This document shows positions 1 to 9,932 of a DNA stretch of 64,000 bases, piece after piece. The notes under the pieces were generated by a model. The model ran no database searches. It was not told the origin of the DNA and worked only from the letters and a program-made list of their open reading frames with translations. Source of the stretch: an uncultured Pseudomonadota bacterium. Its GTDB lineage: Bacteria > Babelota > Babeliae > Babelales > RVW-14. The stretch spans positions 12,865-76,864 of the forward strand of contig CAZGPI010000001.1 of assembly GCA_964527595.1 (NCBI GenBank), written 5' to 3'. Numbering within the stretch: the first letter of the stretch is position 1; every line of letters starts with the position of its first letter. A program made the translations under genes and the position numbers.

Positions 1-220
1 CAAAATTGCCAATGATATATCTGAAAAAGAAAACTGGGGATTGGTCGTTGATAAAAACGCACCTGGCGTATTATTCGTTTCAAGTGCTATAGATAAAACC
101 GACATGATATTAAAAGCAGTTGATGAAAAATATCTTGCAAAATCGGTCAATGCAAAAGCAACCACAGCAACAGTCAAAACCGCAAACAAAGATGTAAAAA
201 AAGAAATCAAAGTTGCATAA
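1..220 (+). CDS. Skp/OmpH-family periplasmic chaperone, 3' part (truncated by window edge)
   Basis: Frame from nt 2 reads KIANDISEKENWGLVVDKNAPGVLFVSSAIDKTDMILKAVDEK to TAA at 218-220; resembles the OmpH C-terminus and precedes lpxD, the usual gene order. Confidence 0.7.
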   Translation, partial: KIANDISEKENWGLVVDKNAPGVLFVSSAIDKTDMILKAVDEKYLAKSVNAKATTATVKTANKDVKKEIKVA

Positions 221-228
221 CAAATTTC

Positions 229-255
229 AAGGGGAGCCCTCAAGCTCCCCTTTTT
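229..255 (+). terminator. Rho-independent terminator
   Basis: AAGGGGAGC-cctcaa-GCTCCCCTT hairpin followed by a T tract. Confidence 0.7.
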
Positions 256-277
256 CTTCACCATGTTAGGACAACAT

Positions 278-1372
278 ATGAACCTTAATCTTTCGGTAAA
301 AGAACTCGCAACTTTAGTCAACGCAACCCACCCAAACACCAATCAAGATTTTATTATCAAAAACATTTTGTCGCTCGAATCGGCTGGCCCTGATGACATG
401 GCAGTCATACTTGAGCGTGGCGATGCCTCTGTTTTTGGTTCTCTGTCACTCGAAAAAATCAAAAACAGTAACGCCGGACTCATATTAGCATCTAGCCCAG
501 TTGTCGACGGAAAAGATTACCTATTGGTTGATGACGCATTAGTAGCATTTACTAAAATCGTTGATCATATTCAAAAAGATACCAATCCTATTGATGATTT
601 TTTAGTCACACCAACACACGCATATATAAGCAAATCAGCAACCATTGCATCAAGCGTAACAATTGGTGTCGGAGCAGTAATTTGCGCCGATGTTCATATT
701 GGCGAACAATCAAACATCGGAGCCCAATCTTTTGTGGGCAAAGGCTGCCGCATTGGAGCCAACGTACTTATTCATCCTGGAGTAAAAATTCTTGATCGTT
801 GCATAATTGGAGATGGTACCATTGTTCATTCCGGCACCGTTATTGGGTCGGATGGCTTTGGCTATGAAGTAACGCATCAGGGGTTACGTAAAATTCCACA
901 AATCGGTATAGTGGTTGTTGGTAAAATAGTAGAAATAGGTGCCAACTGTTCAATTGACCGCGCTTCGTTTGATAAAACAGTAATCGGTAATGGTGTAAAA
1001 TTAGATAACGCTGTTCACATTGCCCATAATGTAATCATTGGCGATTGCACCGCTATTCTTGCTCAAACCGGTATCGCTGGCAGTGCCAAAATAGGTATCG
1101 GCTGCCAAATCGGTGGACAAGTTGCCATCAAAAATGATGTTGTCATTGGCAATGGAGTAAAAATCGTTTCAAAGAGCGCCGTATTGAATAATCTCAATGA
1201 TGGCGAAACAGTCTGCGGGATACCCGCCATTCCGTTTATGCAATGGAAACGCTTGCATGCACTAAACTCAAAATTGCCAGAATGGAGCAAGCTCGTAACA
1301 ACAATCAAAACAATCATTGAACGACAAAATCAATCGATTTGGGAAAAAATAAAATTTCTTATAAAGAGATGA
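278..1372 (+). CDS. lpxD: UDP-3-O-acylglucosamine N-acyltransferase
   Basis: Hexapeptide repeats, [32 protein letters not shown] motifs; start at 278 or 263. Confidence 0.93.
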   Translation: MNLNLSVKELATLVNATHPNTNQDFIIKNILSLESAGPDDMAVILERGDASVFGSLSLEKIKNSNAGLILASSPVVDGKDYLLVDDALVAFTKIVDHIQKDTNPIDDFLVTPTHAYISKSATIASSVTIGVGAVICADVHIGEQSNIGAQSFVGKGCRIGANVLIHPGVKILDRCIIGDGTIVHSGTVIGSDGFGYEVTHQGLRKIPQIGIVVVGKIVEIGANCSIDRASFDKTVIGNGVKLDNAVHIAHNVIIGDCTAILAQTGIAGSAKIGIGCQIGGQVAIKNDVVIGNGVKIVSKSAVLNNLNDGETVCGIPAIPFMQWKRLHALNSKLPEWSKLVTTIKTIIERQNQSIWEKIKFLIKR

Positions 1373-1379
1373 GGATACC

Positions 1380-2342
1380 ATGGCGGGGCTGGTTGTTATT
1401 GGACAAAAAAAATCACCAATCGTTGAAAAAATTTCCACCACCCTTAATGCTCCCTTTATTGAATTTCATCTAGACTGGTTTGCTGACACCGAACCCTCAC
1501 TCATCATCGGCCATCAAGAAAAACTTACGAATAAAACGGCTATCATGGTATTTCAAATTGATCTCATGTTTGAAAATGATAGAGCGCTTCACTCAATTAA
1601 TGATCATATGGCTGGTCTACTCCATTTGATCTCAGCCATAAAAAATGCCGGCGCACAATCAATAATAGCCGTATTACCGTACTTACCTTATGCCCGCCAA
1701 GAAAAAGACGTGACGGCAAAACACCAAGGGCCCTTAACCATGTGGGCTGCTGTACTAAAAGTGGCAGGAATCGACCACATTATTACCTGCGATATACATT
1801 CACCTGAAGGCGCAACGTGTCTTGGCACCATGCTTTACGAAATAAGTGCCGCACATTTTTGGGCAGAGAATATAAAAAAAATCGTTCCCCATGGACTAGA
1901 TATATCAAATAATTTATGCGTAGTCTCACCCGACAATGGTGGGCTCAATCGCGCGCGCATAATAGCAAAAGAACTGGGATGCTCACACGCCTTTATTGAT
2001 AAAACACGCATCGCAAAAGACAATACCGTCGCCACAGAACTAAACGGTAATGTTCATGGAAAAATAGCCATAATCGTTGATGACATTCTTGGAACCGCAA
2101 AAACCGCATCAAATGCATGTGAGTTACTACTCAATCACGGCGCACAATCGGTAATTGGCTGCTTTACTCACGCAATTTTTTCACCCGGGGCAACTCAACG
2201 CTTAGCGGCCGCTGGATTTGAAAAAGTTTTAATCACCGATACACTAACCTCAGCAATCAAACAGGAAAATGCAACGCAAAAGCTGTTTTCAATCGATGAT
2301 TACCTGGCAGAAAGCGTGTGTAAAATCGTTAAAAATCTGTAA
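1380..2342 (+). CDS. prs: Ribose-phosphate pyrophosphokinase (divergent)
   Basis: PYLPYARQ, DIH, VVSPDxGG, IIVDDI motifs; adjacent to pth. Confidence 0.85.
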   Translation: MAGLVVIGQKKSPIVEKISTTLNAPFIEFHLDWFADTEPSLIIGHQEKLTNKTAIMVFQIDLMFENDRALHSINDHMAGLLHLISAIKNAGAQSIIAVLPYLPYARQEKDVTAKHQGPLTMWAAVLKVAGIDHIITCDIHSPEGATCLGTMLYEISAAHFWAENIKKIVPHGLDISNNLCVVSPDNGGLNRARIIAKELGCSHAFIDKTRIAKDNTVATELNGNVHGKIAIIVDDILGTAKTASNACELLLNHGAQSVIGCFTHAIFSPGATQRLAAAGFEKVLITDTLTSAIKQENATQKLFSIDDYLAESVCKIVKNL

Positions 2343-2351
2343 GGAGCGCGC

Positions 2352-2903
2352 GTGGAAACAAAATTTTCGCTTACACCAATCAAAGCAATTATTGGCCTAG
2401 GCAACCCCGGACAACAATATGCAAAAAACAGGCACAATATTGGATTCCGTATCATTGACGAACTTGTTACACAAGCAGGGACTTCATGGCGCACAACAGG
2501 AAATATGATGGTCGCCGAAGGACAATTATCAACAGTCGACGGGCTTTTATCAATTATTTTTATTAAGCCACAAACCTACATGAACAATTCTGGGCAAGTA
2601 ACCCAATTTTTACAAAAAAAGGGCATCAAGCCTGAACAGATCCTGATCATCCATGATGAGCTTGAGAAATCTTTTGGCGCTACTCAAATTCGTCTTGGCG
2701 GAAGCGCCCGAGGACATAACGGCCTCAAATCACTTATCGGCACAATGGGAGAAGGATTTTGGCGCTTACGTTTTGGTATTGGCCGTCCAACAGACAAGGC
2801 TGAGGTACCAAATTATGTGCTGACCAACTTCAATCGCGAAGAAGAAGATCGGCTACCAGAACTTGTGCAACAAGCGTGCAATAATCTCACACCCTCAATA
2901 TAA
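2352..2903 (+). CDS. pth: Peptidyl-tRNA hydrolase
   Basis: GLGNPG..Y..NRHNIGF, KPQTYMNNSG, HDEL, GHNGLKS, RLRFGIGRP. Confidence 0.96.
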   Translation: METKFSLTPIKAIIGLGNPGQQYAKNRHNIGFRIIDELVTQAGTSWRTTGNMMVAEGQLSTVDGLLSIIFIKPQTYMNNSGQVTQFLQKKGIKPEQILIIHDELEKSFGATQIRLGGSARGHNGLKSLIGTMGEGFWRLRFGIGRPTDKAEVPNYVLTNFNREEEDRLPELVQQACNNLTPSI

Positions 2904-3138
2904 ATCTTTCAGACTGTATTAACATTTTCTTATGATAACTCAACCCCAAGATCGACGCATTTACTCGTATCAACTTGTATGGTATCCTTTGAGATAATAC
3001 CGTAATTCATTCAAGATTTGAGGGTAAATAGTTGCAAAACTCTTGTTTCTATATTACCTTTGTTACCCCAAGCCTTGGTATTACATGTATCAGTTGCCGG
3101 TTTTGCTTGGTAAATATTTTAAGTTAAAAGGATTATTC

Positions 3139-3708
3139 GTGATTTCAACATCTGATTTTCGTAAAGGATTTACAAAAATTCTATGGAACAAAGAACCATG
3201 GGTAATTGTTGACTGGATGATGGTTAAGCCTGGTAAAGGCGGAACCTATTACCGAACAAAAATCAAAAACATGATCACTGGTCGCTTGCTTGAAGAAACA
3301 TTTAGATCGGCTGAAAAATTTGATGAACCTGACCTGGAACACTGCCAAATGCAATACCTTTATGCCGACGATCTCTACCACTTTATAGACCAATCGAGCT
3401 ACGAACAAGCAGACTTCAATGCTGAACATGTCGAAGCAACAAAAAAATACCTTAAAGAAGGTATTGTCTACGAAGTTCTCAAGTTTGAGGGAACCCCAAT
3501 AATGGTAGAACCTCCAACATTCATGGTCCTACAAGTTATAGAAACCGTTCCCGGCGTTAAGGGCGATACCGCTCAAGGCGGCAGCAAGCTAGCAAAACTT
3601 GAAACTGGACTTGTCGTCCAAGTTCCTCTTTTCGTCAACGAAGGCGAAAAGGTTAAAGTAGACACTCGAGAAGATAAGTATATTGAACGCGTTGAAGACC
3701 GAAAATAA
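3139..3708 (+). CDS. efp: Elongation factor P
   Basis: VKPGKGG loop, PGVKGDTA, LETG..VQVPLFV..GE.VKVDTR; GTG start at 3139 after AAAGGA. Confidence 0.96.
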   Translation: MISTSDFRKGFTKILWNKEPWVIVDWMMVKPGKGGTYYRTKIKNMITGRLLEETFRSAEKFDEPDLEHCQMQYLYADDLYHFIDQSSYEQADFNAEHVEATKKYLKEGIVYEVLKFEGTPIMVEPPTFMVLQVIETVPGVKGDTAQGGSKLAKLETGLVVQVPLFVNEGEKVKVDTREDKYIERVEDRK

Positions 3709-3719
3709 GGCCCGCTTGT

Positions 3720-4313
3720 ATGAATCACACGCATGATGAAGAAATTAATCAGACACCCGTCGACGCTGAACTTAATCAAGAACAACTTGATCAGGTAATT
3801 GCTCAAGAAGAAAGCATCGACATTGAAGAGATAATCAAAAATCTTAAAGTTACTTCACGCCGCGATGAACGTGTTTTGGCTTTTTTTCTTGTTTATGCCG
3901 TCGATCGCTTTGATTACACCGTTTCGCTTGATGATGTTCTTGAGCAATTTAAAGTAGGTTTTGATGTTGATATTGCACGTGATTCGTTCGCTGTCGAACT
4001 AGCTCGCGGAACCATTGAGACATATAAAGATCTTGATGAACAAATTAAGCCCAATTTAAAGAACTGGAAATTGGAACGGCTTGGATGTTGCACAAAACTC
4101 ATATTGCGGCTCGCCTTATGGGAATTACAACAACAGGAAGCGATTCCATCAATTGTTATCAATGAGGCAATTGAACTTGCTAAAATGTTTGCCGAAAAAG
4201 ATGCCTATAAATTTATCAATGGCATTCTAGATGAAATTTGTAAAACATTGGGAATTATTATAACATCAGCGCCTCAAGAACCAGCACCTGGAACCCCGCC
4301 AAAAGAAGCGTAA
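3720..4313 (+). CDS. nusB: Transcription antitermination factor NusB
   Basis: NWKLERL..ILRLA..E, INEAIELAK.F, FINGILD. Confidence 0.93.
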   Translation: MNHTHDEEINQTPVDAELNQEQLDQVIAQEESIDIEEIIKNLKVTSRRDERVLAFFLVYAVDRFDYTVSLDDVLEQFKVGFDVDIARDSFAVELARGTIETYKDLDEQIKPNLKNWKLERLGCCTKLILRLALWELQQQEAIPSIVINEAIELAKMFAEKDAYKFINGILDEICKTLGIIITSAPQEPAPGTPPKEA

Positions 4314-4346
4314 CCAAATCGTCCAAGCAGGAATAAGGGAGTACTC

Positions 4347-5192
4347 ATGGCTTGTAACACTTTTTCATGGCTCAAAGAAATTGACGGTAACTCGTCACCC
4401 CTTTTCTTTATTTTGGGTCCATGCGCTATGGAAAGCGAACAACACACGCTCATGATTGCTGAACATCTGAAAAAACTATCAGAAAAATTGCATTTTAACC
4501 TTATTTTCAAAAGTTCATTCGATAAGGCAAACAGAACGTCGCTGGGCAATTATCGTGGTGTAGGAATCGAAAAAGGACTTCAAATTTTAGAAAAAGTTCG
4601 CCGTGAATTTCACGTCCCAGTAATAACCGATGTGCACGAAACATCTCAGATGGCATCAATAGCAGAAGTTGCGGACATTCTTCAAATACCCGCCTTTTTG
4701 TGCCGTCAAACAGACTTGTTAGTAGCAGCAGGAAAAACTGGAAAAATTATTCACGTCAAAAAAGGACAATTTGTTGCTCCAGAGGTAATGCCATCAATTT
4801 TTGAAAAAATCGAATCAACTGGCAACCAAAATATCTGGTGTTGCGAACGTGGTTATACCATGGGATATGGTAATCTGATTGTCGACTTCCGCAACTTTCC
4901 CATCATGAAAAGTTTTGGCAAGCCAGTAGTTTTTGACGCCACGCACTCGGTTCAAAGGCCTAGCGGCCTAGGATGCTCATCAGGTGGCGACCGAGCTTTT
5001 GTTCCACCACTTGCAACGGCAGCCGTTTCGCTTGGTATCGCTGGCGTCTTTTTGGAAGTACACGAACAACCAGAAAAAGCACTCTGCGATGGTCCAAATT
5101 CTATTCGTCTTTCTCAAGTAGAAAATTTATTACAATATCTTATTGATCTTGATGCATGGGTTAAAGCACGGCCTATACCGCAAGCTTCATAA
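4347..5192 (+). CDS. kdsA: KDO 8-phosphate synthase
   Basis: GPC..ES, FDKANRTS, QIPAFLCRQTDL, KKGQF, DATHSVQ, CDGP. Confidence 0.96.
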   Translation: MACNTFSWLKEIDGNSSPLFFILGPCAMESEQHTLMIAEHLKKLSEKLHFNLIFKSSFDKANRTSLGNYRGVGIEKGLQILEKVRREFHVPVITDVHETSQMASIAEVADILQIPAFLCRQTDLLVAAGKTGKIIHVKKGQFVAPEVMPSIFEKIESTGNQNIWCCERGYTMGYGNLIVDFRNFPIMKSFGKPVVFDATHSVQRPSGLGCSSGGDRAFVPPLATAAVSLGIAGVFLEVHEQPEKALCDGPNSIRLSQVENLLQYLIDLDAWVKARPIPQAS

Positions 5193-5199
5193 AAGTCAT

Positions 5200-5241
5200 A
5201 AAAAAACGGGCTGTAATTTTGGAAATTACAGCCCGTTTTTT
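5200..5241. terminator. Bidirectional terminator between convergent kdsA and XRE regulator
   Basis: AAAAAACGGGCTGTAATTT-tgg-AAATTACAGCCCGTTTTTT. Confidence 0.8.
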
Positions 5242-5274
5242 ATATATTCTTTTTCAAGTTTCGTATCAAGAAAT

Positions 5275-5946
5275 CTAGCCTAAGCGTTGGTATCTATAAA
5301 CTACCTTACCAATTACTCTAAAATTATCTTTACCACGAATTAATGCAACTGGCGAGGTCTTATGGTTGACCGACTCAAGAACAATAAAGTCTTCCATATA
5401 GGTCACTTGCATAATTGCCTTGGTTGTATTTTCATTACCATATTCAATTGCTGCGATATCACCTGAACGAGTCCACATCTCAGGGGATATGATCAAATAA
5501 TCGCCCTTAACAAAATTTGGTGCCATTGCATTGCTCTCAACACAAAGACAAAACATTGCCTCATCTGAGCTATTGAAAACCGGAACAAAGACATCCTTAT
5601 AACCAGTTGTTACTTGTGTCAGTTGATTATTATAGGGAGATGGATTTGCAGGAACGTCACCCATCACTGGAACAATTTTTAGTTGCAAATCAACGGTCGT
5701 TGTTTCAGGCATTTTGACGGCCGTTTCTAAGTTGTCGGTTCGGCTTTTGCGCTGGGCAAACATATCAACTGGATGTGCGCCAAAAGCTGTGGCCAGTTTT
5801 TTTAGAGCATCTTCATTCCACCGACGAGTTCCATTCTTTATATGAGTTAAATAACTTTCTGACATACCCGTTTTTTCTGCTAAAACCTTGGTTGTCCATC
5901 CGCGCTCACGTAGGAGCTCTTTAACTCTTAATTCTGTTGAAGACAT
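5275..5946 (-). CDS. XRE-family HTH regulator with C-terminal S24 (LexA/CI-like) domain, catalytic residues apparently lost
   Basis: LRERGWT..LAEKTGMSESYL..I.NG HTH; C-terminal MAP.F..GD, LES.N, IGKVV pattern. Confidence 0.85.
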   Translation of the reverse strand: MSSTELRVKELLRERGWTTKVLAEKTGMSESYLTHIKNGTRRWNEDALKKLATAFGAHPVDMFAQRKSRTDNLETAVKMPETTTVDLQLKIVPVMGDVPANPSPYNNQLTQVTTGYKDVFVPVFNSSDEAMFCLCVESNAMAPNFVKGDYLIISPEMWTRSGDIAAIEYGNENTTKAIMQVTYMEDFIVLESVNHKTSPVALIRGKDNFRVIGKVVYRYQRLG

Positions 5947-6155
5947 CGTCTACCCTTTCACTTGTACGTCGTTAACGCGACCACCCGCTTAATTTCATCC
6001 CATTAATATAATCCATGTCAACTTGAATTGCTACTAAAATTTCAACATGAATCTTTAAAAAAGAAATTTCTTTATGGCAAATCTACAAGAATAAAATCAA
6101 AGAAGTATTCTTTATATTACTATATTGAAAAAACGTATGTTAGAATATTAAAACT

Positions 6156-6836
6156 ATGAAAAAACAAATCAAAATTCCTCATAATTTTTTTGAAAAAAAA
6201 GCCTGGGCAAACAATAATTATGTTTGCGGCATGGACGAAGTTGGTCGCGGCTGTCTTGCCGGACCAGTCGTCGTTACTGCCGTTATTTTACCAATCGGAA
6301 CAAAATGCCGATTTAAGGATTCAAAGCTTTTGACTGCCAATGAACGAGAAAAAGATTTTATTTGGATAACAGAAAATGCATTTTATTCAACAACCATCAT
6401 CAGCCACACGCTCATCGATAAAATTAACATTTACCAAGCAACGGTCCATGCAATGAAACGTGCCTACTTACAACTTATCGAGACAATACCGTTTGAATAT
6501 CAACTACTGAAGTATTTAGTTACCGACGCCGTTGCGCTCACGTTTGATAAGAACCATACCCACCGCAACCTTGAAATTAATCATTTTCCGTTTGGTGAAA
6601 GCGTCTCAACCACAATCGCCGCCGCATCTATTGTTGCCAAGGTCACGCGCGACCAGCTTATGAATAATATGACCGAAATTTTTCCTGCCTTCAGTTTTAA
6701 CAAACATAAAGGGTATGGAACAAAACAACATTATGCAGAATTGGCCACCTCAGGAGAATGTATTATCCACCGTAAAACTTTTCTTAAATCACTCAAATCA
6801 GGTCACAACGATGAACTCCAAAATTCTCTCTTCTAA
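6156..6836 (+). CDS. rnhB: Ribonuclease HII
   Basis: GMDEVGRGCLAGPV, DSK.L, IAAASIVAKVTRD, HKGYGT, HRKTF. Confidence 0.96.
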   Translation: MKKQIKIPHNFFEKKAWANNNYVCGMDEVGRGCLAGPVVVTAVILPIGTKCRFKDSKLLTANEREKDFIWITENAFYSTTIISHTLIDKINIYQATVHAMKRAYLQLIETIPFEYQLLKYLVTDAVALTFDKNHTHRNLEINHFPFGESVSTTIAAASIVAKVTRDQLMNNMTEIFPAFSFNKHKGYGTKQHYAELATSGECIIHRKTFLKSLKSGHNDELQNSLF

Positions 6837-7443
6837 TAATGCTTTGCCTTCCAAGGCCTTTGCTGAAGTTATCGAAAGTAACCTCGACCACTTTATCGCC
6901 CAATGTTGGGAGTGGGACCAATTTCCATCATTCGGAAGTCTCCTTACTATCACCAATGATTCACTAACATTCATCGGATGTGTCACCCAAATTCACACCG
7001 GTTCTATGGACCCCATGCGTTATCCATTTCCCTACCAAAAAACGGAAGCTGAGCTACGCGCCGAGCAGCCACAAATTTTCGAATTTCTAAAAACAACCTT
7101 TACGGTACAAATTATTGGTCATAAAAATGATGAATTAAATGCTTCATCGTTTTCTTATTTTTTGCCACCAAAACCAGCGAGAATTCATTCTTTTGTAAAT
7201 TATGCATCGATGGACACCTACGCAAACTTTTTTCAAAAACCACTTTATTTAAATGTTCTTTTTTCCTTTGCACAAACCATTCCAAATCTTGATGAACTTC
7301 TTTTGGCAATACTGAACAATCTTTCACAACGCCAACTGCTTAATAAGGAAAATCTTGAAGCCTTCTGCGAAACATTTTCATTGCTAACCGGTAATGACTA
7401 TCGCAGGCTTAAATTATTCTTAAGCCGAATTGAAAACCTATAA
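6811..7443 (+). CDS. HAS-barrel domain-like protein
   Basis: AEVIES..FIAQC..PSFGS, ELRAEQPQIFEFLKT, LPPKP.RIH, DYRRL resemble stand-alone HAS-barrel proteins; overlaps the rnhB end. Confidence 0.65.
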   Translation: MNSKILSSNNALPSKAFAEVIESNLDHFIAQCWEWDQFPSFGSLLTITNDSLTFIGCVTQIHTGSMDPMRYPFPYQKTEAELRAEQPQIFEFLKTTFTVQIIGHKNDELNASSFSYFLPPKPARIHSFVNYASMDTYANFFQKPLYLNVLFSFAQTIPNLDELLLAILNNLSQRQLLNKENLEAFCETFSLLTGNDYRRLKLFLSRIENL

Positions 7444-7622
7444 GAAAGCGCCTAAATACTGCTTGACGTTATCGCTGGTGCAAAAATAAGCGTTTTTTCC
7501 AGCCTGAATACAAAAAAGCAATATTTTTACGCCTAAAAAAACAATATCCAAACTGCACAAAATAGCTCCAAAAATGTTTTATAAAGCATTGCATATTTCC
7601 TAGGGAGCGCTATATTTCTCTC

Positions 7623-7853
7623 GTGATCAACAGGATGACTATAATAACAATGTTGCAGAGAAATGAACCAATGGAACACACCAAAGCCAAATTTGAGCAA
7701 CCCGGCATGCTTTTAACATATCATCAAGGTTATGAACCCATTTACAACGCCAATTATGAATTCGGATTTGTTTTTATCGATGAAGATGAAGTTGATGATG
7801 AAGATAGTACAGAATTTTACGACGATAATGGCGACACATTAACCATCCATTAA
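7623..7853 (+). CDS. Small acidic hypothetical protein (start uncertain, possibly 7671)
   Basis: ORF fills the gap; D/E-rich tail DEDEVDDEDSTEFYDD. Confidence 0.5.
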   Translation: MINRMTIITMLQRNEPMEHTKAKFEQPGMLLTYHQGYEPIYNANYEFGFVFIDEDEVDDEDSTEFYDDNGDTLTIH

Positions 7854-7880
7854 AAAACACATACTAGGAATTATAAAACT

Positions 7881-8294
7881 ATGAATAATTTTAGAAAAAA
7901 ATTTTTAAGTTTGACTGTAGCCGCCTTTGTTGCTTGCTTCGCTCCATTATCTCCAATGGGATGCTCAGAAGAACCAGATCAAGGTGCCGCAGATATCTAT
8001 CAAGATGAACAAAATCAAGATGCCACCGATATCTACCAAGATGAACTATGTACCGATCTCAAGTTTATTGGCCCCATAACCGACGCTGAAATTGCAGAAT
8101 ATGTAAGCCACAGTCCACTCCTTGTTAGTACCTCGTTTTCTTACTGCCACCATATAACCGATGCTAGCCTTCAAGCAATCTCCGAAAACTGCCCATTACT
8201 GCAAACCCTTAGCCTTACAAGTTGCCCAAAGATAACGGCCGCTGGTATTGCTGAATTTCAGCTCTCACTTCCTCTTTGCCAAATAATAAGATAA
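7881..8294 (+). CDS. Secreted protein with cysteine-containing (FBXL/AMN1-like) leucine-rich repeats
   Basis: Signal peptide; repeats ITDAEI..SPLL, C.HITDASLQAISENCPLLQTLSLTSCPKIT. Confidence 0.75.
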   Translation: MNNFRKKFLSLTVAAFVACFAPLSPMGCSEEPDQGAADIYQDEQNQDATDIYQDELCTDLKFIGPITDAEIAEYVSHSPLLVSTSFSYCHHITDASLQAISENCPLLQTLSLTSCPKITAAGIAEFQLSLPLCQIIR

Positions 8295-8314
8295 CAAAAA
8301 AAACGTTAGATTCT

Positions 8315-8346
8315 AAAAGAGGCCCGTAAAATTACGGGCCTCTTTT
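8315..8346. terminator. Bidirectional terminator
   Basis: AAAAGAGGCCCGTAA-aa-TTACGGGCCTCTTTT between convergent genes. Confidence 0.8.
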
Positions 8347-8370
8347 CCTGAACTTAATCAAATTTATAAG

Positions 8371-9912
8371 CTATTTACCCTTCCCCGGCAAATATCCCAT
8401 AAGATATTTAATATCATCATCACCAAATCTTAGACCACCACCAAAAAATGGATTAGCGCTATTCTTACTACAAACATCATCAACACCAAACGATGTATAT
8501 AAATTCTTCAAGAAGAATAACTTATTCATCCACTTAACGTGAGGACGCTTATCATTCAATCGATTAACTCCGTTAAAATCATATGCTTCTAACGAGGTTA
8601 TCCAATGAACATAATCGGTTTCAAGTGGGACGTAATAATCAACACCAAAGCCAACCGAATTTTCCATCAATCCAAGACGTAATGCCAAACGATCAAAGCG
8701 CTTACCAAATTGTAAGCCAAGCAAGATATCGTTCTTCTTTTGTTTGGTTGTTTCAACAATAGGAGCCAATGCCATTTGTGTATATTGAGTTGGATCCACT
8801 GCCGTACTTGGATCAATAATCTTACCATTTGAATCGCGACGAGTAACGTAACTCGTCTCACGGGATATACTTCCCTTCTCTGCGCTGGTCAATTGCATTA
8901 AATAGAACACATCCGAATTTGGTCGTAAGCGTATTTCAAAAACACCCTTTGAATTTGGTTGGCGCAACATAGACTCACTATGCATATCAAAATTCAACAT
9001 AAGCGCCTGAGTACGTCCGACATAATCACGAAGTCCTTTAATGGTCTTCTTAAGGTCGCCATACGTTTCATCTTCGTTGATCAGCTTACCAATCACACCC
9101 TTACCAGTGTTAACCTTCTCCATAACCTGGCCCGTTTCACGCATGGTATCTTTTGCCTGGATTGCCGCATCTTCAACATGCTCAAATGCACTACCAACCT
9201 TTTTAGAGGCGCCAGAAAAATCTTGGGTAACCAAATGCACATCATCAATAATCGCTGGCACGCCACGCTTAAGTGACTCGGCAGTTGACTTAAAGTCGGC
9301 TAACATGTTATTGATATTATTTTCATTTCGTTGCATGGTTTTGAGCAAAATCTCAGAAAAATCGGCAAGCTTATCGGTTGCTTTAGCCACCGAATTAAGT
9401 GCCATCCGCATATTTTCTTCTCCACGATGAGTGGCAAAAACATTTTTAAATGCCGATGTTATATCTTGCACAGTTGTTGCAATATCGCGAAATTGATCGA
9501 GCAATTCACCAATACTTGCCGGCGTTCGTCCGGGCATAGATAATGTACTTCCTGGCATCAAAATTCCGGTATCGGGAGTCCCCGGATCAATTTCTAAAGT
9601 TTTTGTTCCAATCAAACTATCTTGATGAATCATAGAATAAGCGTTTTTTGCTAATCTATTATTTTTGTTAATACGTATAACCACTTCAGCCTTGCCATTA
9701 TCCAAGAGCTCAATAGTCTCAACCCAACCAACCTCGACACCTGCAATTTTGACCGGCGATTTTACCGCCAACCCGCCTGTGTCGTCAAAATAAGCCTTGT
9801 ATGTGTGAAACTGATGTTTATCAAATCGCAAGGCCTTGATGTTAATACTTAGATAGAGAAATATACCAATGGCCACCAAAATAAATAACCCAACTCGCGT
9901 TTCTGTATTCAC
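8371..9912 (-). CDS. MCE/MlaD-family protein with coiled-coil region and C-terminal beta-rich domain
   Basis: ETRVGLF N-terminal TM, FDDTGGL..SPVKIAGVEVG.V, GKGVIGKLINED. Confidence 0.88.
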   Translation of the reverse strand: MNTETRVGLFILVAIGIFLYLSINIKALRFDKHQFHTYKAYFDDTGGLAVKSPVKIAGVEVGWVETIELLDNGKAEVVIRINKNNRLAKNAYSMIHQDSLIGTKTLEIDPGTPDTGILMPGSTLSMPGRTPASIGELLDQFRDIATTVQDITSAFKNVFATHRGEENMRMALNSVAKATDKLADFSEILLKTMQRNENNINNMLADFKSTAESLKRGVPAIIDDVHLVTQDFSGASKKVGSAFEHVEDAAIQAKDTMRETGQVMEKVNTGKGVIGKLINEDETYGDLKKTIKGLRDYVGRTQALMLNFDMHSESMLRQPNSKGVFEIRLRPNSDVFYLMQLTSAEKGSISRETSYVTRRDSNGKIIDPSTAVDPTQYTQMALAPIVETTKQKKNDILLGLQFGKRFDRLALRLGLMENSVGFGVDYYVPLETDYVHWITSLEAYDFNGVNRLNDKRPHVKWMNKLFFLKNLYTSFGVDDVCSKNSANPFFGGGLRFGDDDIKYLMGYLPGKGK

Positions 9913-9932
9913 TAACGCACCCTATTTAAAAA

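Noticed and set aside
5275-5946. Prophage marked by a CI-like repressor
   Set aside because: No integrase or phage genes; neighbours are kdsA and rnhB
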